This document shows positions 31,424 to 58,955 of a stretch of DNA of 64,000 nucleotides, piece by piece (the first letter of the stretch is position 1; every line of letters begins with the position of its first letter). Source of the stretch: the human T2T-CHM13v2.0 reference genome, Homo sapiens. Both the position numbers and the translations under genes were made by a program. A model generated the notes under the pieces. That model ran no database searches and was not told where the DNA came from. It saw only the letters and a list, made by a program, of their open reading frames with translations. Location: NCBI RefSeq assembly GCF_009914755.1, contig NC_060927.1. One strand, 5' to 3'.

Positions 31424-32644
31424 TAGAGGTGGGGTCTTCTCTACAAAAAAGCCCAGCCCAGGCTGGTCTCAAACTCCTGGGCTCAAACGATTCTCCTGCC
31501 TCAGTCTCCCAAAGTGTTGGGATTATAGGAGTGAGCCACTATGCCTGGCCTGTTTTTCTACTCTTAAAAGACTTTCTTCCCCTTGTAAATTAGCTCAAAT
31601 CCAGTGTTTTGTATAGATATTCTTCAAGAAAAAAAACAAGTCATTTGCGCTTGCTGTGGACTTGCTTTGAGACCACTTGACAGAATTTAGTACTACTGAA
31701 GGTCACCAAAATTAATGAGGACATGGCAGTCTGGGAAGGATCTTTTTATTTAAAAGGAACAATCATGATGCTATCAAGGACCATAATGACATCTGTGAAA
31801 TTTCATGAGCTGCCTCACAATGATGAGGCAGCGTGTGTGCTCGGAGTCTTATGATTTCAGTGTGAACTCTGCAAGCCTGGTCGTCTGCTTTGTGAACAAA
31901 GGCTTTGTTTGTGTGTGTGTTTCCTCTTGTGTATATCCTAATATCCCCACCTTGCCATGCCTCATGTCTCTAAGGCCTGTGCCTGCATGATTAATTCTGC
32001 TGATTGTTGGCCAGGTACCACTCTATTGACAGGTGGCGTTGTCTTTGAACTTAGCAAGGCAGAACAATATTTTCCTTCACTCTCACGATTGCTATGAGGT
32101 GCTAGGCTAGGATTGGCTATGGGTTTCTTCATAATTACAGCCTCCTTTTAACAAACCTAATATATTAAACTGTAGACTTATTAAAACACTTAGGGGTTGA
32201 ATATTTGCTTTTCAGAGCGGTCCTCTTTAGAGTTCCTTTAAATAGCTAGTTCTCCAGTTTCATTAAAATACAATTTGATTCCCAGAACTTGCACTGTAAG
32301 AACACAGGTCCTCATTAAGGTGCAGCATACCCATTATTGCTCTCCTGGTTTCTGTGTATTAGAGGCAGAGCCCCTTGTCACTGGAGATTGTAGCAGTGTT
32401 TTGCCTAGAATGAGGAGCAAATGAGGGAGATGGATTATTTTCTTTATCACCACCCCGCCCCCACCGCCACCAACCATGTCTGTCTAACAGTTCTGCTAAG
32501 AGCTGACTACTGAATCAAGGCTGCCTTGTGTTCTGAAAGGCTATGCCCACATAGACGTATGTGTGTGTGAGGGTGGAGCCCCTTAGAGAAGAATACAGTT
32601 GACTGCTGCTGCCCACCAAGACCAGCCTTTCCTCCTTTTCACTT

Positions 32645-35075
<2,431 letters not shown>

Positions 35076-35530
35076 TTATCAAAGAGCTAACCCAACTAGC
35101 CATCTCTTTACCATGGTTTTTATTTTTTTACCCTCACGAAGGAATGGCCTTTACAGCTAATAGTAAAGTGATAAGAGAGACAGACATGCACAGTGCCTGA
35201 CACATGATAGACATAGTATAGCAGGTTAGCAAATGATGGACTGAATGTGAATGAATGAATAACTTGGGTAAAACATACTTCTAGCTCCTGTGTACTCCCA
35301 GCCACTCCTCCTCTGCCGTTGGTGCTCGGTCTTCCTGGAACACACTCCCTCAAGATGTCTTTACGGCTTCCTTCCTTCCTTTTGGTTTCTGCTCAGTGAG
35401 AACTTCACTGACCTCCCCTATATAAACTAGCAGCTCCTCCTGCCACACACCAGCCCTAAGTATTCCCTGCATGCTTTGTTCTGCTTCCTGCTGTGTCCCC
35501 AAACTCTAGAATAGCACCTGCGATTATATA

Positions 35531-36100
35531 CAACTGTTCCTCCATGTACAATGGGGTTACATCCTGATAAATGCATCGTAAGTTGAAAATATTGTAAGTT
35601 GAAAGTCTATTTAATACACCTAACCTACTGAACATCATAATTTGGGCTAGACTACCTTAAAGGTGCTCAGAACACTTAACACTGTCTTAGCCAGGCATGG
35701 TTGTATGTGCCTGTCGTCCTAGCTACTCAGGAGGTCTTAGGCAGAAGGATTGCTTGAACCCAGGAATTTGAGGCTGCAGTGAGCTATGATTGTGCCTCTG
35801 CACTCCACCCACACTCCAGCCTGGCCAACAGAGCTGGACCTTGTCTAAAAATAAATAAATAAAATAAAGAGCACTTACATTGTCTACAGTCAAAATCATC
35901 TGGCAGCACAGAAAACTGCACACTTCATGATAGCATGGTGGACTGGAAGCTTTGGCTCATTGCTGTTACTCAGCATTGCCAGAGAGTATAGTTCCATATG
36001 TCACTAGCCTGGGAAAAATTTAAAATTTGAAGCACAGTTTCTACTGAATGTGTGTCATTTTCGCACAATTGTAAGTTAAACCATCGCAGGTTGGGGACTC
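35531..36100 (+). mobile_element. MER47/Tigger5-family DNA transposon, interrupted by an Alu monomer (about 35688-35866)
   Basis: atggggttacatcctgataaatgcatcgtaagttgaaaatattgtaag...aaccatcgcaggttggggact. Confidence 0.8.
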
Positions 36101-36105
36101 TATAC

Positions 36106-36148
<43 letters not shown>

Positions 36149-36173
36149 TACACACACATATATGTATATGTAT
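36100..36173. repeat. Compound (TA)n(CA)n microsatellite at the MER47 end
   Basis: Direct reading. Confidence 0.9.
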
Positions 36174-36449
36174 AAATAGATACAGAGAGTTGGTGCTCAG
36201 GAAACAGTTGATACAGGAAGGAATGAACAAATGGGATTTCCAAGGTTTATAGTTTTGTTGTTATTGTTACTTTAAGGTGTTTTCTTGTCAAAATAGCCAA
36301 GAGATGTTTGAGCTATGCAGAGTCACTAAAACATGTCTCAGAGCCAGAACACTCATAGGGAAGGTGGTGATTTGGATACGGTTAGCTTGCCTTGCTTAGA
36401 GAAGTTCCGGGGAATTCATGTTCAGCATTTTTTTCTTTGTTTTTCTTTT

Positions 36450-36761
<312 letters not shown>

Positions 36762-36806
36762 TAAGCAAAACCCTTGGTGATTCTGATGCCTTTCATCCTC
36801 TCCTAG

Positions 36807-36860
36807 CACCCCTGCAGTGGACCATGAGTCGGTAATGCCCACTGAGGACCTCTGGGAGCC
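36807..36860 (+). other. RAD54L2: 5' UTR part of the RAD54L2 exon (acceptor tcctag| at 36806; alternative ctgcag| at 36817)
   Basis: Branch-like ctgat near 36783 and pyrimidine tract cctttcatcctctcctAG; contains two upstream ATGs (36824, 36835). Confidence 0.75.
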
Positions 36861-36999
36861 ATGTCAGACGAATCTGCCTCAGGGAGCGATCCAGACCTGG
36901 ACCCGGACGTGGAGCTGGAGGATGCGGAAGAGGAGGAGGAGGAGGAGGAGGTGGCAGTGGAGGAGTGTGACAGGGATGATGAAGAAGACCTGCTGGATG
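36861..36999 (+). CDS. RAD54L2: First coding exon (46 codons + 1 nt, phase-1 donor) of RAD54-like 2 / ARIP4 helicase-like ATPase
   Basis: gccATG at 36861 opens MSDESASGSDPDLDPDVELEDAEEEEEEEEVAVEECDRDDEEDLLD, which matches the RAD54L2 N-terminus as I recall it. It is followed by a consensus donor G|GTAAGT at 36999/37000, and the GC/purine-rich composition contrasts with the flanks. Confidence 0.92.
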
Positions 37000-38489
37000 G
37001 TAAGTGGGCTCTATTGAGTGACAGAAGTTGCCTTATATTTTCCTCCAGTGGAATTTTTGCTGGGAGACCTTGGCGTTTCCAGTTAGATTTCTTAGGCCAT
37101 CCATAGTGGGAAGATACAGACTAGGAACTGAGATGCAATGAATTCAGATGCTCATTCCTAGGAAATAGATTATTGTTCCTCCACATAAGCTTTGTTTTAC
37201 TGCTGGAAGAACCTTTAGCCTTTAGCTTGTCTCTGACAGATGTTTGGACTCAGGTCCAGAGATTCGAGTGTTGCATACTTGCCCAGGTCATGGAGGAGTC
37301 AATGGCAGAGTTCCTATGGTAAGACTTTGCAGTCTGGAGGCCATGGGCTCTTCAGGTAGATGTGAGGGTAACTGTGAGTGGTCTGTAAGTTTTCTGAAAT
37401 TATACATACAATTGTGCTTGTGTGTACATGAGGGAATTGTCCAGGCAGAGATTCTTAGACAGATTCACAACTTCAGAAAGCTCACTGCATCTCCTGCAGT
37501 GCTGCGCTACCTCTTGGCCATTCCAGTGACTATAAATTGCCCCTACTGGGAGGGCACTACATCTCCATAGCTGGTAGATCCCCTTTTGATGCCTTCTATT
37601 TGGTTTGCTCAGCTCACTCCTTCCTTTGCCCTCAGCTTCTTGAAATGGCATTGAACTTTTAATGTTCAGTCTAATGTTAGGTTATTTGGCCAGCCACAAG
37701 GCTTCTCAATTAATTCCAGCCTTTTATGGCATAGGATTTAGTTGTTTGTAAGCTTCCTACTGACTGAGGAATAGGGTTTTTGTCTGTTCATAACAGACCC
37801 CCTAGTGGGACTGAACGTTGCATTAGATCATCTAATTACTTGAATCTGAAGGAACGTAGGAAAATGTACTCCTGCCGTTCTCCAGATTCCAGGAGGATGA
37901 GCACTGATCCTCTGTCTTTACTGATGTTTACTATCTTCAGTTCTCATTCATCCTAACAGCTGTCATGTGGCTTGGGAATCCGTTTGCCCTCCTTTATACT
38001 GTCCAGAAGCCTCTCTCCATTTCTGCGGGGAAATGACCATTCACTTTTATCCCTCCAGTAGCATTTGCTGTCTGTTGCTAGCTTATTCAGTTGGAGTCTC
38101 ATTTCTAGAAAGTAGAATGAATAGAAATAATGGAAGACAGTAATGTTTGCTTGGCTCTCATTGTTCCTGAGATGCTGTTAGAGTCCCTAGGTGTCAGCAT
38201 CACTTTTTGCTTTTCATCATTGGGTTCTCATAATTGTATTTACAGACACCCTTAGAACTCCCATCAGGTTTAGATTGGATTTTAGATGCTTCTGGTGAGT
38301 GTAATGGATATATACACACTATCTTCCCTGTTGGCTTCTTGGAATTCTCTTTTCCCTTTTCCTTGTAAAATTGTTAATTATTCAAAAATTATATGATATG
38401 CTTCTGCGGACTTTACTATTATTTATTTAGAAATGACAAGAATTTAATTGTGATTTGTCTCAGAATAATGTAGCTGTGCAATTTGGTTT

Positions 38490-45485
<6,996 letters not shown>

Positions 45486-45581
45486 AATGAATATCAAAAT
45501 AATTATGCTGAGTGAAAGCCAGAACTCCTGAGAGAGAGAGAAAGAAAAAGAGCAAGAGAGTGAGAGAGAGAATGAGAAAGA

Positions 45582-46780
<1,199 letters not shown>

Positions 46781-47064
46781 AAAAGAGAGTGAGAGAGCAA
46801 GAGAGAATACATCATGTGATTCCATTTATATTAAAAGTCTAGAAAATACAAACCAATCCTTAATGACAGAAAGCAGCTTAGTGCTTTTCTAGGGATAGGA
46901 TTAGGGGCAGAGAGAGGAGAGAAGGACTTTAAAGCGGCATAAGAAAAACTTTCAGGGGTGACACATGATCATTATCTTGATTTTTATTAGTTTTATATAA
47001 ATAGTATACAATCAAACCTGAATAAAGGTGGGAAAAATGTGAAAAAAAATAATCCAAGTAGCTT

Positions 47065-49712
<2,648 letters not shown>

Positions 49713-50189
49713 TAAGACCACTATGAACATTCATGTACAAGTCTTTGTGGGGCATGTGCTTTCATTTTGCTTAGATAATGAATTCCGTCAGACTACTGAC
49801 TATCCACATCATGGGGAAAAAATGGAATAGGATAAAACTGAGAATAGAACTTAGTGGCACTTTGGTAAAGATCTCCCTTTAGATGAACCATTATCATTCA
49901 GTGAATAAGGTTATTCATCTGTCTGTGAATCTACGTGACTACTCTCCAGCCCACAGATCACCATATGATCTATAGGACTATCAGAATAGACTTTGTCAAA
50001 TGTGTTAGTGGAAATTAATTTCTTGTTAGTTAGGTACCTGGTAGTTAAGAGTCGGCTTGGAGTCGAAGTTGCTTAAAAAGCTGTGTAGCCCCATGAGTAT
50101 CACTGCCTAAAACAATGGCAAGTCTCAAACAGACCAGGGGGCATTAGGAAAGCAATAACAGTGTGCGAGAGCAGCAGGGGAAAGAGATA

Positions 50190-51790
50190 CATTCATCCAG
50201 TCATTCAATAATAATTATTGAGCACCTGCTGTTTGCCAGGCATTGTCGTGGGCATTGGGAATGGGGAACAAAAATGCCTCTCCTCATGGGATTTTCATTT
50301 TAGTAGGTAGAGATAAATGGTAAACAAGTATATAAACAATATGTCAGAAGGTATAAGTGTTATGAAGAAAGGGAGAGTAGGTAAAGTCTGGGGTGGTGCT
50401 TCCTTTTTAGAGACAGAGCTCACTGTAGCCTTGAACTCCTGGGCTGAAAGGATCCACCTGTCTTAGCCTCCAAGTACCTAGGACTACAGGTGCATACCAC
50501 CACTCCAGCTAATTTTTAAAAAACTTTTTGTAGAGAGGCTGGGCCTAGTGGCTTATGCCTGTAATCCGACCACTTTGGGACACTGAGGCAGGAGGATCAG
50601 TTGAGGTCAGGAGTTTGAGACCAGCCTAGGCAACATAGTGAAGACCTCATTACTACTACAAAAAAAAAAAAAAAAAAAAGCCAGGCATGGTGTCAAGCAC
50701 CTGTAGTCCCAGTTGCTTAGGAGGCTGAGGTGGGAGGATCACTTGAGCCAGGAGGTTGAGGCTGTAGTGAGTCAACTTTGTGCCACTGCACTCCAGCCTG
50801 GGTGACAGAGTGAGACTTTGTCTCAGAAAATAAATAAATAGGCTGGATGCAGTGGCTCACACCTGTAATCCCAGCACTTTGGGAGGCCGAGGCAGGTGGA
50901 TCACTTGAAGTTGGGAGTTTGAGATCAGCCTGGCCAACAAGGTGAAACCCCGCCTCTACTAAAAAATACAAAGATTAGCTGAACATGGTGGTAGGTACCT
51001 GTAATCCTAGCTACTTGGGAGACTGAGGCGGGAGAATTGCTTGAACCTGGGAGTGGAGGTTGCAGTGAGCCAAGATTGTGCTGTTACACTCTGGCTTGGG
51101 TGACAGAAGGAGACTCTGCCTCAAAATAAATAAATAAATAAATAATAGGGAATCTCCAAGCCTACTGTGGCTTGGAAGGCTGCCTGAAAAATAAACAAAT
51201 GAATAAATAAATAATTTTTGGGGTAGAGGTGGGGTCTTGCTCTGTTGCCCAGGCTAGTCTTGAACTCCTGGCCTTAACTTGTACTCCCACCTCAGCCTTC
51301 CAAGTGATGGAATTACAGATGTGAGCCACTGCACCTGAGGGAAGTAAGTGGGCTAGCCAGGTGGTTGTCTAGGGAAAAAATATTGTAGGCAAGTGGAATA
51401 GCAAGAGCTGTTGGAGAGTTTGGGCAGAGGAGTGACACAATCTGACTTTTAAAAGCTTATTCTGGCTGATATGGAGGTAATTGCCTGTATGGGGGATAAG
51501 GGATAAAGTAGGGAAACCAGCTAGGAAGATAATGCAGAAATCTAAGTAAGAGGCGATGATAGCTTGGTGGAGGTGGTGAAAGTAGTTGGATTCAGGATAT
51601 GTTTTGAAGATAGAGCTAATAGGATTTGTTGGTCAAATGGATATAGATTGTATGAGAGAAATTAAGGATGAATTCCATGGTATTTGGACTGATAAACTGG
51701 AAGATGCCATTTTCTGAGCTTGGGAAGATTGTGGGGGAGGTACAGATGGGGAGCAGATAGGAGTTTGGTTTTGGAATCCATCGTTTAGGT
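50190..51790 (-). mobile_element. Degenerate L2 fragments interleaved with Alus (50405-51338)
   Basis: cattcaataataattattgagcacctgctgtttgccaggcattgt (L2 3' end) and ggattcaggatatgttttgaagatagagctaataggatttg. Confidence 0.6.
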
Positions 51791-51999
51791 TTGTAATCCA
51801 TCTGGAATTGATTTTTGTATGATGTGAGATAGGGGTCAAGGTTCATCCCCCTCTGCCCCAGTATGGTTATCTAATTTATCTAGGACTTTGCATTGCATTT
51901 TTATTGTACCCTTTGTTGTAAACCAAGGTATAGTACATGTGTGGATCTGAACTCTCTATTTTGTTCCCACATAGCTTTCAGGGAAATGGGAGTAGAGGG

Positions 52000-52180
52000 G
52001 AAGTAGTGCAGTGTGGTGGCTTAGAGCATGGACCTTGTAGACAAATCAACCACCTGGAATCAAATCTTATCTTTACTCCTTAGGGCTTTGTGAGGTAAAT
52101 GTCCTCATCTGTAAAATGGGAACAATTAGAGCATGATCTCCTTAATATAGTTGTTTGATGACTGAATTAGTTTATGTTCG
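52000..52180 (+). mobile_element. MIR fragment
   Basis: cagtgtggtggcttagagcatggac...tcctcatctgtaaaatgggaacaat MIR core. Confidence 0.65.
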
Positions 52181-52418
52181 CAAGGTGACTAAATAGCGGA
52201 AGAAGGATAATAAGCATTGCTGATGGGCTGGACCCAGTGCTCCTGCAGGAGTGACTGGAGTAGTTGTTAGATGGCCTTGGACATGACTGGGAATACAATG
52301 GGGTTCCTCTCTAGCAGGGCTCACCACAGACTTGGGACTGGGGCTGTAGGCAATAGTTGTTCTGCCAACCCTCCTGAAGGGAAGGTGGTTAAGTATTCTT
52401 TGAATTGTTATCTTCTGA

Positions 52419-54559
<2,141 letters not shown>

Positions 54560-54579
54560 TAACTTTTTTTGGATTTCTC

Positions 54580-56408
54580 TTTTTATTTTTTTTTATTTTT
54601 TTATTTTTTATTTTTTTATTTTATTTTATTTTTTTTAGTATTTATTGATCATTCTTGGGTGTTTCTCGGAGAGGGGGATTTGGCAGGGTCATAGGACAAT
54701 AGTGGAGGGAGGGTCAGCAGATAAACATGTGAACAAAGGTCTCTGGTTTTCCTAGGCAGAGGGCCCTGCCGCCTTCCGCAGTGTTTGTGTCCCTGGGTAC
54801 TTGAGATTAGGGAGTGGTGATGACTCTTAACGAGTATGCTGCCTTCAAGCATCTGTTTAACAAAGCACATCTTGCACCGCCCTTAATCCATTTAACCCTT
54901 AGTGGACACAGCACATGTTTCAGAGAGCACGGGGTTGGGGGTAAGGTTATAGATCAACAGCATCCCAAGGCAGAAGAACTTTTCCTAGTACAGAACAAAA
55001 TGGAGTCTCCTATGTCTACTTCTTTCTACACAGACACAATAACAATCCGATCTTTCTTTCTTTTCCCCACATTTCCCCCTTTTCTATTCGACAAAACCGC
55101 CATTGTCATCATGGCCCGTTCTCAATGAGCTGTTGGGTACACCTCCCAGACGGGGTGGTGGATGGGCAGAGGGGCTCCTCACTTCCCAGACGGGGCGGCC
55201 GGGCAGAGGGGCCCCCCACCTCCCAGACGGGGCGGCGGCCGGGCAGAGGGGCTCCTTACTTCCCAGACGGGGTGGCCGGGCAGAGGGGCCCCCCACCTCC
55301 CAGATGGGGTGGCGGCCGGGCAGAGGGGCTCCTCACCTCCCAGACGGGGCGGCTGGGCAGAGGCGCCCCCCACCTCCCAGATGGGGCGGCGGCCGGGCGG
55401 GGGCTGCCCCCCACCTCCCGGACGGGGCGGCTGGCCGGGCGGGGGCTGCCCCCCTCCTCCCGGACGGGGTGGCTGGCCGGGTGGGGGCTGCCCCCCACCT
55501 CCCGGGCGGGGCAGCTGCGGGGCGGAGATGCTCCTCACTTCCCGGACAGGGCGGCTGCCGGGCAGAGGGGCTCCTCACTTCCCAGACGGGGCGGCTGCCG
55601 GGTGGAGGGGCTCCTCACTTCTCAGACGGGGCGGCCGGTCAGAGACGCTCCTCACCTCCCAGACGAGGTGGCGGCGGGGCAGAGACACTCCTCAGTTCCC
55701 ACACGGGGTCGCGGCCGGGCAGAGGCGCTCTTCACATCTCAGACGGGGCGGCGGGGCAGAGGCACTCCCCACATCCCAGACCATGGGCAGCCGGGCAGAG
55801 ACGCTCCTCACTTCCTAGATGGGATGACGGCCGGGAAGAGGCAATCCTCACTTCACAGACTGCGCCGCTGGGCAGAGGGGCTCCTCACATCCCAGACGAT
55901 GGGCGGCCAGGCAGAGACGCTCCTCACTTCCTAGACGGGGTGGCGGCCGGGCAGAGGCTGCAATCTCGGCACTTTGGGAGGCCAAGGCAGGCGGCTGGGA
56001 GGTGGAGGTTGTAGCGAGCGGAGATCACACCACTGCACTCCAGCCTGGGCAACGTTGAGCACTGAGTGAGCGAGACTCCGTCTGCAATCCCGGCACCTCG
56101 GGAGGCTGAGGCTGGCAGATCACTCCTGGTCAGGAGCTGGAGACCAGCCCGGCCAACACGGCGAAACCCCGTCTCCACCAAAAAATACGAAAACCAGTCA
56201 GGTGTGGCGGCGCACGCCTGCAATCCCAGGCACTCGGCAGGCTGAGGCAGGAGAATCAGGCAGGGAGGTTGCAGTGTGCCGAGATGACGGCAGTACAGTC
56301 CAGCCTCGGCTCGGCATCAGAGGGAGACCCAGTCCAGCCTTGGCTTGGCATCAGAGGGAGACCGTGCAAAGAGGGAGAGGCAGAGGGAGGGGCAGGGGGA
56401 GGGAGAGG
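54580..56408 (-). mobile_element. Full-length SVA retrotransposon (older, SVA_A-C-like)
   Basis: On the - strand: degenerate CCCTCT hexamers (56371-56408), Alu-like region (about 55960-56365), GC-rich VNTR (about 55140-55960), SINE-R (54637-55140), AATAAA (54641-54646), poly(A) 54580-54636; TSD taattattattatt at 54528-54541 and 56409-56422. Confidence 0.97.
55140..55960. repeat. SVA VNTR (35-50 bp GC-rich units), CpG-rich
   Basis: Repeated cctcccagacggggcggccgggcagagggg units; source of the long overlapping pseudo-ORFs. Confidence 0.95.
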
Positions 56409-56422
56409 TAATTATTATTATT

Positions 56423-56693
56423 TTGAGACGGTAGTCTAGCTTTGTTGCACAGTTTGGAGTGCAGTGGTGTGATCTCAGCTCACTGCAACCTCCCCCTCCC
56501 AGGTTCAGGAAATTCTCCTGCCTCTCCCTCCTGAGTAGCTGGGATTACAGGTGCCCACCACCACACTCGGCTAATATTTGTATTTTTAGTAGAGATGGGG
56601 TTTCACCATGTTGGCTAGGCTGGTCTCAAGTGATCTGCCTGCTTTGCCCTCCCAAAGTGCTGGGATTACAGGTGTGAGCCACCGCGCCCAGCC
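56423..56693 (-). mobile_element. Alu whose (TTA)n tail was the SVA target
   Basis: Alu body follows the right SVA TSD; the rest of the TTA tail lies at about 54500-54541. Confidence 0.85.
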
Positions 56694-57213
56694 TGTTTTA
56701 TTTTTTAAATGGCTAGTCAGAAAAGGCTTTACCTGTCTTCTCTGACCAGAGTTTACTCTCCAGCTTTTTGCATTCACAGGGTTTCAACTAACGAGATAGG
56801 TCAGGAGGCTCATTACATGCATTAGTTTATTATTTTGCCAAGGCATGGCTTAAAATGATGCTTGCTTTATCCCTTCTCTTAGGCTGGGGTGTGGGAACTG
56901 GTAACTTGGCCCTGCCCTCCACAGCATATGCTCTTCAACCTACTCTGTTCTCTGCTCCCAAATTAGCAATTCTTATCATCATTAAGGTTCTGAAGGGATC
57001 ATTTAAAATTTTCAGTTACACTTGAGTGCATTTTGTGGAGGAAATTATGGGCTATAGCAATATTCTTTAATTTGTGATTTTGTAAAGGTTTCTTATTTCT
57101 TTGCCTCTTGTGCTTTCCCAGCATGGTGTCTGCTGTGACATCTGATGCTCTGCTTGTGAAACCCCAGTCTTTGTTCAGTCCTTTTTTTCTCAACTACTGA
57201 ATCCTTGTGGGCA

Positions 57214-57215
<2 letters not shown>

Positions 57216-57257
<42 letters not shown>
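57216..57257. repeat. (TG)n microsatellite, about 20 units
   Basis: Direct reading. Confidence 0.95.
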
Positions 57258-57258
<1 letters not shown>

Positions 57259-57453
57259 TTTGTAGTCTCAGTGTTTCAAAGTGTTCACCTGAGTCCTCTC
57301 AAATAAAATAAACAGAATGAGCTATTTTTTCTCTTTGCCCATTCCTTCTTAAAAGGGACAGTAGTTTCCTCTCCTAGTTTCTTCTTGCTTGATGTGGCCA
57401 CCTCACATGGGGCCTTAGAGGAGTTTGTGTGTTATGGAAAGATTTGTATACTA

Positions 57454-57898
<445 letters not shown>

Positions 57899-58777
57899 TC
57901 ACTTGAGGTCAGGAGTTTGAGACCAGCCTGGCCAACATGGTGAAACCCCATCTCTACTAAAAATACAAAAATTAGCTGGGCGTGCTAGCAGGCACCTATA
58001 ATCCCAGCTACTCAGGAGGCTGAGGCAGGAGAATAAACCTGGGAGGCAGAGGTTGCAGTAAGCAGAGAATTGCTTAAACCTGGAGGCTGAGGTTGCAGTA
58101 AGCCAAGATTGTGCCACTGCACTCCAGCCTGGGTGACAAAAGCAAGACTCCATCTCAAAAAAAAAAAAAAAAAACAGAAAGAATGAATGAATCTTCTTTA
58201 ATAATCTCCCCTTTTGGGATATAAAGATTCCTTTTGCTCCTCCAACTCTCAGCTCCCAGGCTCTCTGGAGATGCTAGGAGAGAGCTTTCTGGGTCTCCTT
58301 GAGAGAGGCTGCCAGTTGGAACCCCTAAGAGGGGCAGGAAGCCCAGCACCGATTGACATGACCCTTATACCAGCTCTAAATCCAACACATCAGGCAACTG
58401 CAGCATCTGGAACCATTTTATTCCTTCTAATGCATAATGGCAGGTGGAGGAATCACTGGCCCTTTAGTGATTCTGAGGTTTCCAAGAATAATATGCTTAA
58501 GGCTTTAATGCTATTTTTATTTCTTCCCATGTTTTACTCATACTTTGGGAAGTAAGCAAGAAAATATTTTATCACCTCTGTTCTCCTATTCAGATACCTA
58601 GCCCATTCCTTTAACAGATTTTTTTTTTTTTCCCTTAGAGAGATGAGAGACCCTTGGAGGTAAAATTGTAAGAGGAGCTCTTGTTTCCTCTCCAACCTAT
58701 TGTCACTTGAATCCTTTGGCAGTGCCTGGAAGGAAGGGTTCAGATGGGTTAACAGGGACCAAGGATTGCTTGTTGCC

Positions 58778-58955
58778 TTTTTTTTTTTTTTAATTTTTGT
58801 GAGTACATAGTAGGTGTATATATTTATGGAGTATATGAGATGTTTTGATACATGCATACAATGCATAATAATCGCATTATGGAAGGTGGGGTATCCATCT
58901 CGTCAAGCATTTACTGTTTATGTTGCAAACAATCCAACTATATTCTTTTAGTTAT
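58778..58955 (-). mobile_element. Old L1 (L1MA1-3-like) 3'-terminal fragment with poly(A), directly abutting the U6atac copy
   Basis: Poly-T followed by aatttttgtgagtacatagtaggtgtatatatttatgg...acaatccaactatattcttttagttat, the reverse complement of an L1MA-type 3' UTR end. Confidence 0.8.

Noticed and set aside
37000-37106. Extension of the RAD54L2 ORF to 81 aa
   Set aside because: Read-through past a consensus GTAAGT donor into intron.
55103-56014. Three long overlapping ORFs (218-303 aa), Gly/Arg/Pro-rich
   Set aside because: Translations of the stop-poor GC-rich SVA VNTR; no independent coding evidence.
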